Origin: Glaucostegus cemiculus
Lineage: Eukaryota
Direction: 5' to 3'
Length of the DNA stretch: 64,000 bases
NCBI GenBank assembly: GCA_976551045.1
Contig: CDPCPM010000017.1
Span: forward strand, 248,001-312,000
In this document: in pieces, positions 24,450 through 36,822 of the stretch
How positions within the stretch are numbered: position 1 is the first letter of the stretch
Layout of the letters: each line of letters begins with the position of its first letter
Position numbers and translations under genes: made by a program
The notes under the pieces: model-generated
Seen by the model: only the letters and a program-made list of their open reading frames with translations
Told to the model about the DNA's origin: nothing
Database searches by the model: none

Positions 24450-25815
24450 AAACGGAAGATGCTGGAAGCAGTCAGCATGCCAAGCAGCATCTGTGAAAGT
24501 AAAGACCAAGTTAACACAGAGAGAAAAACACAAGCTGGCTTTAAGTTGCAGAGAAAGTAAGGGAGGGAATGGGGATATCTGTGATACAGTGAAGCCAGGT
24601 GAACTTGGTTAATTGTGACAGATAGTAATTATGCTTCTTTGTCCATGTTACGTGTCTGTGGGACACATCCAGCAGCTCAGACTGTGCCAATGGAGACAGA
24701 GGAACTGAGCCAATGTCACAGATGGATGATTGGCAGGAGTGGACAATTCCAATATGGACAGAGAAAGCACATTACCTAAAGTGGGAGAATTTAGTATTGA
24801 GTACAGAAGATTGCAACATGCCCAAATGGAAGAGAAGGCATTGTTACTCAAACTTGCATTGGCCCTTATTGTAACAGTGCAAAAGGACACAGATCGATAG
24901 GTCAGAGTGAGAATGGGAAGGAGAATTAAAGTGACAGGCAACCAGAAGGTTCAGGTTTGTCCCTGCGGACTGAACGCAGTTGCTCCATAAAGTAAAATAT
25001 CTTTATTAGTCCCATGTACATCGAAACACACAGTGAAATGCCTCTTTTTTGCGGACTGTGTTCTGGGGGCAGCCTGCAAGTGTCACCATGCTTTCGGCAC
25101 CAACATAGCGTGCCCATAACTTCCGAACCTGTACATCACTTGAATGTGGGAGGAAACCGGAGCACCCAGAGGAAACCCACGCAGACACGGGGAGAACATC
25201 CACCCAACATGAGTGATCACTCAACACGCAATTGGTTTCTTCGATGAATCAATGCACTAGATGGGAAGCAGTGCAAGGGAATCACTGTTTCACTTAAGGA
25301 CTCTTTGGTTCCCTGGATGGGAGGAAGGGAAGAGCTGGAAGGACAGGTGCAGCATCTCCTGCAGTGCCATGGGGAAGTGCCATGCAAGAAGTGGTCGGTA
25401 AGGACAGAAGAGCAGAGTCGTAAAGGGAGAAATCCCTTTGAAATGTTGAAAGGGGTGGGGGGGCTGTGAATTTGCTGGCAAGATCTTGTTGGAGCTGGTA
25501 GAAATTGCAAAGGATGAACGATAAAATGTGAAGGCCGGTGCAATGGAAGGCAAGGACCAGGAGGAGAGGGGTGAGAGCAGAGGTGTGGCAAATAGATGAG
25601 GTGCAGTCAAAGACTCTGTCCACTGTCATAGAAGGGAAGCCACAGTTCAGGAAGAAGGGAGAACTGTTAGAATAGAACGGAGTCATTACAGGAGGCAGGT
25701 TGGGAGGAAGTATAGTCCTGATAGCTATGAGAGTCTGTGGGCTGGTAACGGATGTTTGCAGCTGGTGTATCCCCTGAGATAGAAACAGAGAGATCCAGAA
25801 AAGGAAGGGGAAGGA
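24450..25815 (-). mobile_element. Penelope-like element fragment with nested V-SINE at 24997-25198
   Basis: GIY-YIG-region remnants (CRRCCTCPSSSSLPPIQGTKES; NCGFPSMTVDRVFDC) and terminal repeat at 24455-24520. Confidence 0.8.
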
Positions 25816-26499
25816 AATGTTAGACAGCCTTTGGTCACAGGGATCAGTATTTATTCATGGCTGAAAAGACTTAAGTAAAGGAGGAGATCAGATAATTGTA
25901 ATTGTAAGTATAACTCAAAAAGGCATATTTTGTTTGGCACAGTGAGTGAGGAAAATGTTGCTTGATGTCTCTTTCTGTTTTTTGTGGAGATGGTTACTGT
26001 ATAAAAGTTTCAACGTATTCACCAAGTAAACCTTCTCAGAAAAATAACAATGAATGAAGCTACAAAACAAGTCCTTGCAATAATTGAATTATGGTAGATT
26101 ATTTGATTAATATTCTGATTCTCCCAAAACCTGAAGGAATATTCCTCTTATAAAGAGAAAGCTGCAAATGTGTCACAGTGATACAACTCACTCTATCAAA
26201 ATTACCAGCTTATCATAAAGTGCATCCACCTTTACTTTATGCATATTTGCAGTTACCTTTTCCAATATACATTATCTTAGCTTTATCAACACTGTAATCC
26301 ATCTGCTGATCCTCAGCACATCTGCTCAATAGTTGTACTGTTTCTTTTTAAATGATATGCATCTAACCTTAAGGCTCCATTGTACAATACCACCACCAAA
26401 CGTTAACAATTCCTTTCCTGCAACAGAAGCTAGAGGAGTTCAGTTCCTCCAGCAGATTGTTTGCTGCATCATTCCATTCTCTTCATTCATTTTCAGGAT

Positions 26500-27745
26500 C
26501 TGGAGAGGCAAGACCAGCACTTTTTGCTCATCCCTAATTGCTCTTGGGAAGGTGGGGGTGGGGTTGGTGACCCACCTTCTTCTACCACTGCAGCCTTTCT
26601 GGTGAAGTTGCTCCCACGGAGGTGGTGGGGAGGAAACTCTAGTATTTAGAACCAGGCATGGTGAAGGACCAGCAATGTGTTTCCAATGTGTTCCACGTGT
26701 CCAATACCTTTGTCCTCAATGGTAGAGGTTGCGTTTCAGAAGGTGGTGTCAGAGTGACTTCAGTGGTCAAGTGCAGTTCTACTTCGTAGGTGGCACACAC
26801 CTACAGCCATTGTGCACTGCTGGTTGAAGGGATGAATGTTCAGTGTGGATACTTGGGGGCCAATCACGCAGGCTGTTTTGTTTTGGATGTTTTTTCTTTC
26901 TTCAGAGTTGTCGATGCTGGTCTAATCCAGGCCAATGGAGGGGACTCTGCCACCCTTGTCCAACATTAATGATAGAAAGGTCTTGTGTTGTCAGGAAGTG
27001 AGTCATTCACTGCAGGAAGTTGCTTGTTCCTCTTCTTGTCGCCATATTATTTGTGGTTGCTCCAGTTGAGTTCTTGGTCATTTGAGACCTGCAGGATATT
27101 GATGGTGGGGACCGCAGCAATGCTAATGCCACTGAATGTCAAGGTAAATGCCTTAGCTCTCTCTAATTGTAGATGGTCATTGCCTGACGCTTTTGTGGCA
27201 TTGACGTTGCTATGCCATTTATCGTCTTGCTTGAATGTTGTCAGGATGTTGCTGCTTGTCTACTTCTGACCTGATAATGGAAGGAAGGTCATTAATGAAG
27301 CAACTGAATAGGGTTGGGCCCAGAACACTGCCCTGAAGAATTCTTGTGCTGATATCCTGGGGGTGGGATGATAAACCCCCAACAACCACAACCATCCTCC
27401 TTTGTGTGAGGTATGACTCCAGCCACAGGAGTATGTTCCCTTTAATACCCACTGACTTCAGTTTTACCAGGGTTCCTTCATGCCACGCTCCGTCAAATGC
27501 TTCTCCGACCTCTGGGGCACCTCACTTCTAGAAATCAGCCATGCTTGGAACAAGGCTGTGATAAGGTCTGGAGTCGAGTGGTGCCAGGCAGTGGTGAGTA
27601 GATTATTGATGAAGAAGTGTTGCTTAACAGCAGTGTTGATGACAGCTGCTTCCATCACTTTGCTGAGGATTGGATGCTGATTCGCTATGTTGGATTTGAC
27701 CTGTTTTTATGATCAGGACATACCTTGGCAATTTCCCACATTGAT
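26500..27745 (-). mobile_element. Old CR1/L2-group LINE RT fragment
   Basis: ORF 27219-27452: MGIKGNILLWLESYLTQRRMVVVVGG...QGSVLGPTLFSCFINDLPSII. Confidence 0.8.
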
Positions 27746-27796
27746 CCCATATTTTCATTGCGATCTGTGCTCCTCCTTCAGTATCTAATTCAGCAC

Positions 27797-28070
27797 CTTA
27801 TAGAACATAGAACAGTGCAGCACAGAACAGGCTCTTTGGCCCACAATGTTGTGCTGACATAGCTAATCCCTCCTACCTACAGAACACCCATATCCCTCCA
27901 TTTTCCTCTCATTCATGTGCCCATCTAAGCCCCTCTTAAAAGCCCCCAATGAATTTGCCTCCACCACCCTATCAGGCAACATATTCTAGGCATCCACCAC
28001 TCTCTCAGTAAAAAATGTACCCCTTACGTCTGTTCTGAACCTACCTTCTCTCACCTTAAATGCATGCCTT
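27797..28070 (-). mobile_element. CR1 LINE 3' end
   Basis: (atagaac)n tail, acagtgcagcacagaacaggctctttggccc, reverse RT C-terminus. Confidence 0.85.
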
Positions 28071-29549
28071 ATGTGCCATTTATCTAGTTTTTGCTTTCGT
28101 CTCTGTCCTTTTGTTATATTTGCAGTTGACACATCACATTGTGTAGTGGCTCCCACTCAGTAACAACTTGCATCCATATGGCATCTATACCATTGCAGAA
28201 CATCCCACAATGCTTGACAGGAGCATAATGAAACAAGATTTGCCATCCAGCCCAGTAACGGGATCTTGGGTTAGGTGGCCAAAGCAAGGTCTACATGACT
28301 CCGAGAAGTACTTAAAAAGGAGGAGAGAGAAGTGGAGACATTTACTCACGACAATATTGAAGGGGGTCACTTGGCCTATTGGATCCAATGCCAACTTCCA
28401 GCATAACAACCATATCAGTACCATTCCCTTTTCCTTATTTTCCTGTACTCCCCTGAAACTTATTCTGTCTCAGGGTAATCCACAATAGCCAATTAACACA
28501 ACAACAGGATTCTGGGATGTAGGAGAAAACTCATACAAACTCCACACAGACAGATCTGGAGGTCAGGATTGAACTTGTGTCCCTCAGGCTGTGATGTGGC
28601 AGCAATAACTGCTGCACCATGCCAGCCATTTAAAAAAAGGTTAAAATTTGAGAGGTTTGGCCTGCAGCAGCCAAAGGCACTGATACACATCAACACACAC
28701 CACTTCCTCCCACACCAGACAAGACCATTTCCCAGCTCTTGCTTCCAACACTGCACTCTCCAATGTGTCCGCTTGTTCAAAGTCGCATCTCCTCATGGAG
28801 CTACCCCCTCGTTATACTGATATCAAGATATCCATTTAAATATAGCTGAACCAAAAATTATGAATTAAAAGAAAATATTTTCAGAAGAAAAATTTCTGAC
28901 TTTCTAAACACAAGGCTCTGTGATGTATTGCTTTGCTTACCACAAGCATGTCATAACATTTGAATAGTCTAAAACACACTTGATCTAAAAAACCTTGTGT
29001 TTAGAATAGTCTAGCTTTAAACCTAACTGTTGAAAGATTAAAGTCCCACCGCAATCATCTTGCTCAAGACCCATTTTTTAGCTTTACACCTTCTGTCATT
29101 TCATCCAATAAAGCAATCCAGTGTGTTAAGCAGAGACTGTTAGTAACACCAAAGACAACGATGATTTGCAAGCAATTTCAATTACTTTGTGCATTTTTTT
29201 TGTAGCAGACCAGGATATGAATAGTGCTTGAATGAACAGTACCTCCTAGCCTGAGACAATTATTAACCAACAGCTACCAGAGCTTAAAAAAAATCCCACA
29301 CTTGTTTTTCTTTGTGTAAAATGTGTTAGTATTATCATGTTGTTTTTATAGACCCATAAAGTGATAATGATTACCATTGTTACAGTAGGGTGGAAAATTT
29401 TAAAAGTGGTCTTTTGAAATTCGGGTTTCTGTAGTTTTCTTGAATTAGAACTAATCAAGTTAATCAATGTGGAATATTGTGAATGATTAGTTGCAAAGAA
29501 GATTTGAGAGGCAATTCAAATATTAATATTTCAGAGATGATATTTGCAT

Positions 29550-30341
29550 TTAAAATAAAACAGGAAATGCTGGCAACACCCAAGCAGCATTGGAGAAAAG
29601 ATAAACAGAATTAACATTTCAGATTCATGACCCTTCCTTCAAACTGGGAGGAACCAAAAACAAGTTTCAGATAGGGGAAGGATGGGTAGAACAAAAGGAA
29701 TCTCTCTGGTAGGGTGAGACCAAATGAGTAAATATGGCAGTTAGAGGTAGATTATGCTTCTTTTTCTGTATTTGTGTTGCTAATGTAGCTGGGCTGTGGG
29801 ATATGCCTTGCAGGACAGGTAACACAGAGAGAGAAAAACTGAGCCAAAGATCACAGACAGGTGACTAGAAGAAATGGACAGTTCTGATGCAGAAATTAGG
29901 AGCATGGTACTCAAGTCTGGAAGGTGTCGAAGTACCCAACTGGAAGATGAATTGTTGTTCATGGACTTTGTTTGAGCCTTGTTGTAACATTTGAAGGTCA
30001 CAAACAGATAAGTCAGGACGAGAATGGATGGGGAATTAAAAGTGCGGGCAACACAAAGTTCATGGTCTCTCCTGAAGACTGAGCATAGGTGCTCCATAAA
30101 ATAATCACCCAATCTCTGATTGGCTTCTCCAATGTCAAGGAGACCACATTGTGAATGCAGTACACTAGATAAGAAGAAGTGCAAGTAAATTGCTACTTTA
30201 GCTAGAAAGATTATGGGTGTTTGGATGGTGGAAGGGAAGAGGCAAAAGGGTATGTATTGCATCTCCTGTGGTTGCTTGGGAAACTGATTACTGTTTTTTT
30301 TTATTTCAGATTTTCAGCACCTTCAGCTTTTTTGATTTTCA
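29550..30341 (-). mobile_element. Penelope-like element 3' portion (GIY-YIG) with short inverted terminal piece
   Basis: ORF 29780-30262: SQCGLLDIGEANQRLGDYFMEHLCSVFRRDHELCVARTFNSPS; terminal repeat 29550-29650; inverted end 30295-30341. Confidence 0.85.
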
Positions 30342-32759
30342 TATCAACATCTAAATTTATTTTGTTCCATTTTAACCCCATTTCCAGATTATTTATCATA
30401 AAAATTAAAAAAAATGTTTCTATTTTCATATCATTCTGACTCCTACAGATGAGAAGAGGAACATTTTGGATAAATGAAGGCAAAAACTCAACATTTATCC
30501 CAGGGGATTTGTTTGGTTGGCCCATTGGTTAGCAGGGCAGCACTTCACATGAGTAGCTTTCTTCATCCAGTGTACACACACTCATATATCTGGGCTCAGT
30601 TAACTCATTTATACTGACACCTCTTAAACTGATCAGATCATAATTTCATGCATTTAATCACCAAAAATAAATTCACTTGCCTTTCATGAATATCATCTGC
30701 TGAATTTTAGAAAACTATGCTCAAGTTTTCTCATCAAATGACAATCAAAAAAATCGTAAATGCTAGAAATCTGAAATGAAACAGAAAATGCTGGAAACAC
30801 ACAGTGGATCAAGTAACATCTGGGTTGTGGATTTGAAAACTTACACAAGTATGTTTTGGTCTCTGTGTTGCAGAGCTGGTCACCATTGGAGGCCAGCATA
30901 CTCAGGAGTGGTGGATGAGTGGACTTTGGTAATAATTAGGGTACAGACAGCTCATGTTTGCAGAAGACATCAAGGAGGACCTTGAAGAAGTCAAGGCAAA
31001 GGCAGGGATGAGCACTGTGGAAACAAATGCACAATGATGGGCAATGTTACGGGAGAAAGAAGTTGACCATCTTGACAATGGAGCAAACAAAGGGTTGGAA
31101 ACTTATCCCAGTGTCAGAAGGACACCAAGGATGCAAACAATTTCAACCAGTGGCCAGAGCAATGGAGGATTCTGTGGCTAATGCCTATTAGTATTAGGGG
31201 CCAGAGACAATGACCATATTCCTCCCATGATTTAATTGGTATGTCATACAAGCTGTGTGACAAATTATATCAGTGGAAGAGTTAAGCAATTGATGGTGTG
31301 TGTCTGTAGAATCTTGTGCATCTTCTGACAAGTTTGCCAATTGGAGAATATGCAGATGAGGAATAGGAAGAGGCCAACAACAGACAAATTTCAGGGACAG
31401 TGTAAGAAATCACCTAATATCAAGAACAGAAAAGCACTTCCCAGCCTTGACTTCATATACCAATTCATACACAAAGACGTCTTCTTGAGACATCAAAACA
31501 CATGCTTATTTCTTTCTTTGATGCTATATGATAGAATTAATTTTCTGCCTATTGTAACTACAACCACAGAATTGTTATGGCACAGAATAGATAAAGAAAG
31601 ACACAATTGATTCTTCAGTGGATATACTGCTGATACTGGAACTCTGAAATAAAACAGAAAATGCCAAGAATGCTCAGCAGGTCAGGCAGCAACCATGGAG
31701 TGAGAAACAGTTAACAATCCAAAGAAACCAAACACGCCGAGTTTGACACTCACATCAATTTCAGCACAATGAGCATGCTGAAGATTGTTGACCGACCTTT
31801 ATCAGAAGAGCCATTTATCTGTTTTTATAATAATTTTTTTCACAGCAGCCAGGGTACGTTGGAACAGAGTTTGTTGTATGATTCCATAAGATAGGACCCG
31901 TCTCCACAATCTGCCTCACACTCCGAAGTGCTCCCTAACCATTTCTTTTTCCTACTTCTAGAACCCATGTCAACCCCATAAATAATTAAAACATACACTC
32001 AGCCATTCACAAGTTTCCTCTCTTTAATGTTCCATGGGATGACTTGCCACTACAGCTGAGAATCTCACATACCTGTGAATATACCTAATCCAAATGATAA
32101 CTGAAGTAGCTGGAAGAAGCAAGATTAGTTCAGCATTTGTGGACTAATCATATTGGCTCAAAGAGACGAACAGGAGAAGACAACAACAACAAGGCACTGG
32201 CAACAACAACAACTGCACTTCAGACTGAGTTGGAATGTATAGCAGGGAGAGTGTCCACGAGGTTGAAAGTGGAGTACCTGGTGTGGATGAAGGTTTCACG
32301 AATTCCAAGATCAAGAGGAAAATGGAAGCAACCAATGTCATAGAAAGTCACCCACTGGAACCACAGCTGGAATCATTCAGTTAGTTTACACATCGTAACC
32401 TGAGTTGAGGTGTTGAACAGGAAAGATAAATTAACATACTAAAATTTATTCTAATTTATACAACATATAAGATAATACAAAAATCATAAAAGCAAATGCA
32501 CAGCATAAAACTACCACCATAAAAATATACCCAAAACCAAAATAATTGTGAGTCTATAAAAGACCTAAAATATTATTAGCTCCAATAAGTGCAGATCTCA
32601 TGATGCAGACATTAAAAATTTTTGAATCCCAAGGATTCACTCCTGACCCCTCTGGTGATCAGCAGCGGGTTGAAAACCCAGGTATGGATAAAACACCCGG
32701 AGTTAATGGAACCAGTGACTAGGGAGGGCAAAATCCATTTGCTGTTCTGCTGGTGGAAT

Positions 32760-33600
32760 ATTGTCCCCACCCTGCAAACACTACCCCACCCCCTAAACTT
32801 TCTTCAGCTTCTTCCACCCCCACCCCTTGCAACATTGAAGACTTTGTGGGTCAGCACTCCTTATGTTATCCACAATCCTCACACCAGCCCCTCTGCCTTT
32901 CCAGCGCCTTAAATTCCTTGGTATTTCAAACCATTGAACACCACCCCTATTTTCTGCCTTTTCTCCCTCCCCCACCTTTTTCGTGGCCTCCCAGTACTCC
33001 TAACCCATCCTTCATGCGCCTCATCTGCTATATCACCCCCACCCCATCCACACACTCACCCCCTTTACATAATCGGCACTACATCTCAACACCTGAAGTC
33101 CCTACTTTTTGCATCCCCACACCACCCTCACCTCTCCACCCCGAACCCATTCCACACCACTCCCATCATTTACATCCCACAACTGCGCCACACGCTCCTG
33201 TCCCCGTCATCTCACCCTTGTTACCCCTCAATTCTTGCACTACCCCAACTGCATTACACCCCCATCTCATCTCACCCATTCACCACCCTCACTTTCATCA
33301 GCTGAGTTTCCCCACACTTTCACCTCAAAGCATCTCTTGCACTCTGAGCTATTCCGTCCCTTACACACTCCTCACCCTACAGTCCTGAGACTTAGACCCC
33401 TGAACTCCTCATACCCCAGCCCAACCCTCACCTTCCCCACCTTTTACCCCTACAATTTCTTTTCACCTTCAGCACCCTCACAACCATTATACCCTTTACA
33501 CCCACCCAGCCCCAAATCTTATTGTATATAGTGACCTTTTACCCCTTATCCCCTCTTTTCCTCTTACACTCTTCTGTTTTAATCTCCCCAGCCCTTACTC
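32760..33600. repeat. C-rich, G-poor low-complexity tract
   Basis: About 840 bp dominated by CCC/CACC/CCCT words with very few G; produces spurious Pro/His/Thr-rich ORFs. Confidence 0.85.
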
Positions 33601-35952
33601 CATCCGATATCTCATATTGTCTACTTATCATAGACAGATGACTTAAATATTTGCTTTGTCAATGATGTCAGTTACTGCATGTTAAACACAAACTATTTCT
33701 GAATGGGTCAATAAGCTGTGTCACCTTTATTTTCATTTTCAAGCCCAATGTATCCTTAGCAGCTCCCACAGCACTCTCATCAGTCTCTGTCCCTCACTTA
33801 TTTCTCTGTAACCTACTCTCTCTCAAATGCTCATCAATCCCACCCCAATCTTCCTACCATTTACCTACACCAGGGGTAACTTACAGTGGCAAATGAACCT
33901 CCCAACTCACACACCTTTGTAATGTGAGAGGAAACCCATATCGGTCACGGGGCTGCAGGAGCTGTGAGACAGCGACACTATGTACAGCACAATGTGCCAC
34001 ACTTTGAGCAATGCTTTGTCCCAGTTCTGCACTGCCAGATTAATTTTGGAAATTTTGGTGCCTCACTGATGGGGTTAAATTCATCCCAGTGACCAAAATT
34101 TCAATGTCTTTCCACTGCATGGGAACCACTTTAATTACTACTCTCTTCCAAATATCCAGGAAGAACTGAGCATCAAACATTGCCAGGTGGTCAGGGCAAT
34201 GAATAGACGTCCCTTATAGGAATACTACTGAATGTCAGGTCTTGCTCTGTGGTTGGCCTGTTTCAGGCTAACTGCCAGGAGCTGTGTCCTTTAAACCAGT
34301 GGCCTGGCAGAACCAAGAACCTGGACGTGACTTAGGTACAGGAAGTAAACATGTTTTAAGAGATGTAGACAGTAAGTACTGTTAGTTATTTGCCTGTTTT
34401 TATCTGAGCCTTTGCTCTTCTACTGCCCATTGCTTATAGTGGGAAAATCATGTTGGTACCATCATGTCATTGCGAGCTGCAGAGATTCTACCCATAAAGT
34501 GACACATGATTTATTGCCCTCCCCACCACCATAGTCGTTAGAGCCTGTCAATGTTCACCATTACTTGAAAATACTTACTTGGACCAGGTATTGTAAGGTA
34601 GTTGGTATTCACAGAACTGTCAATAAGAGGGAAGGAGAGCTTATATGTGAAAATTAGAAAGCACGACACAAAACTAGTTCTGCAAGACTTCCTTTGCTAA
34701 TGAACGGAAAGTCATCAGACAGTTAGGGGAGATATAATCAACATCTTTGACAACCTGCTAGTCAGCAAGGAAGAGAACCTCAGAGAAGAGCATAAATAAT
34801 GATTTCATCGATTGCATCAATTAAGTTGCAGCTTGTATTTTTTCTGTTACAATCAGTGACAATAATTTGAACAATAGTTGGAAGGTCGCTAACCAGCCGT
34901 AGCTCTGGCTTACAGTGCCTTAAAAGTCGAAAGCAAAGTGCAAGCAAATAATTTTATGTTTCTCATGTTTGTCTTTTAGTGGTTAAACATTGCATTGGAC
35001 AAAAACTCCATTATAGTCTAAATTCTATGAACCGAGTGTTTTGGTATAAATAAACACAATTAAAAATACATCCATGTCAGCTATTAGCCTGAGCAAAATA
35101 AAACTCTGTATTTTAAAAACATGGCTGCTTTACGTAAGAACTGAATAAAAATAATTCTTTTGGCACTGAGAATGAGAAATAGAAAAAATATTTACACAAT
35201 CACTATGGAAATGACAGTGAAAACATAGGGACCCTGACAGAGTGTCTCTCACAGAAGCGCTATTGTTCCTCACCCGCCTGTGCTTTGAATTCCCTGCCAT
35301 AGTAACAAAACTTTACCGATCAATGTCTTGACCAAAGAGTCCATCATTTTTTTTGAGGTAAGGTATCCAAACATCAGTTCTATGGTGGCAATTAGCAGTG
35401 AGATCTTGTCCCAGTATCAGAACATTGTTGGCAGAAAATACCCTAGTCATCTGTTAACGTTAACAGATGGAAAGCTGTGGGTGGTGTTTTCCAGCCACAC
35501 TACACATTGGTGAGGGTCTTCAGGAGCAGAGACATTTGTACAACCATCTCCCTTATCTAGGATGGCACCAATTCTCCACAAACTCAATGGTTAATCCAAG
35601 TATCAATCCAGATCTATGGTATATATTGTACATACAGAAACAAGAACAATACTGCTGCAATTCTAATCATACAGCACCTGGAATGAATAATAGGAATAAG
35701 AATCCAGTCTGATATACAATATTCACCAAGGACATGGTCCAGCTGAAGTTAACTAGAGCTGAAGAATAAATGGCCAAATAGAGAGAGGGAGAAGCAGAAA
35801 GAGGAAGAGACTTTTATAATTTTCATTGGATAACAAAGAATTAATGAAGCTGTACGAAAGAAATGAAGCTTCATTAATCATTTGGTCTGTTCCAAAGACT
35901 CAAATTGATTGTTGTGCAAATGCAGAAGGACTTGCTGATGGAACAGTGTCAT

Positions 35953-36778
35953 CACGGACCAAGTTAGGGAATTGGAGCAGCAGCTGGATGAACTACGGAG
36001 TATTCGGAAGGCGGAGGCAGAGATAGATCAGAGTTATAGGGAGGTAATCACACCGATAAGACAGGAGGAGGGTAACTGGGTAACTGTCAGGAGAGGGAAG
36101 GGGAGCAGGCAGAGAGAGCAGAGCACCCCTGTGGCTGTCCCCATCAATAATAAGTATACCGCTTTGGATACTGTTGGTGGGGATGACCTACCAGGAACTA
36201 GTTGCGGAGGACCAGTCTCTGGCACCGAGACTGGACCCTCAACGCAGAAGGGGAAGAAGGAAGAGAGGAGGGCGGTAGTGATAGGGGATTCTATAGTCAG
36301 GGGGACGGATGGGAAATTCTGAGGGGAAGATCGGGAATCCCGGATGGAATGTTGCCTCCCAGGTGCCAGGGTCCAGGATATCTCAGATCGGGTTCAGGTG
36401 ATTCTCAGGAGGGAGGGAGTGAACCCAGATGTTGTTATCCATGTAGGGACTAACGACGTGGGCAGGAAAAGAGAGAAGGTCCTGCATAAGGAGTTCAGGG
36501 AGTTAGGTGCTAAATTGAGGAGCAGGATATCCAGGGTAACAATCTCAGGATTGCTACCTGTGCCACATGAGAGTGAGGGGAGGAATAGGAAGATTAGGCA
36601 GATTAATACATGGCTGAGGGGATGGTGCGAGAGGGAGGGCTTCAGGTTTATGGATAATTGGGATTTGTTCCAGGGAAGGTGGGATCTGTTCCAATGGGAC
36701 GGTTTACACCTGAACTGGAGGGGTATAGACATGCTTGCAGGAAGGTTTGCTAGTGCTGCTCGGGGAGATTTAAACTAA
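35953..36778 (+). pseudogene. CR1 ORF1 (coiled coil plus SGNH esterase), one in-frame TGA at 36320-36322
   Basis: ORFs 35972-36322 and 36344-36778 share a frame; SGNH blocks VIGDSIVRG, HVGTND and DGLHLN are present. Confidence 0.9.
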
Positions 36779-36822
36779 ATTTTCAGGGGGAGGGGATCCG
36801 GAATGAGAGAGAGGATAGCAAG

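Noticed and set aside
32753-33531. Pro/His/Thr-rich ORFs of up to 211 aa
   Set aside because: Open in all three frames because the C-rich tract lacks stop codons; no coding signal.
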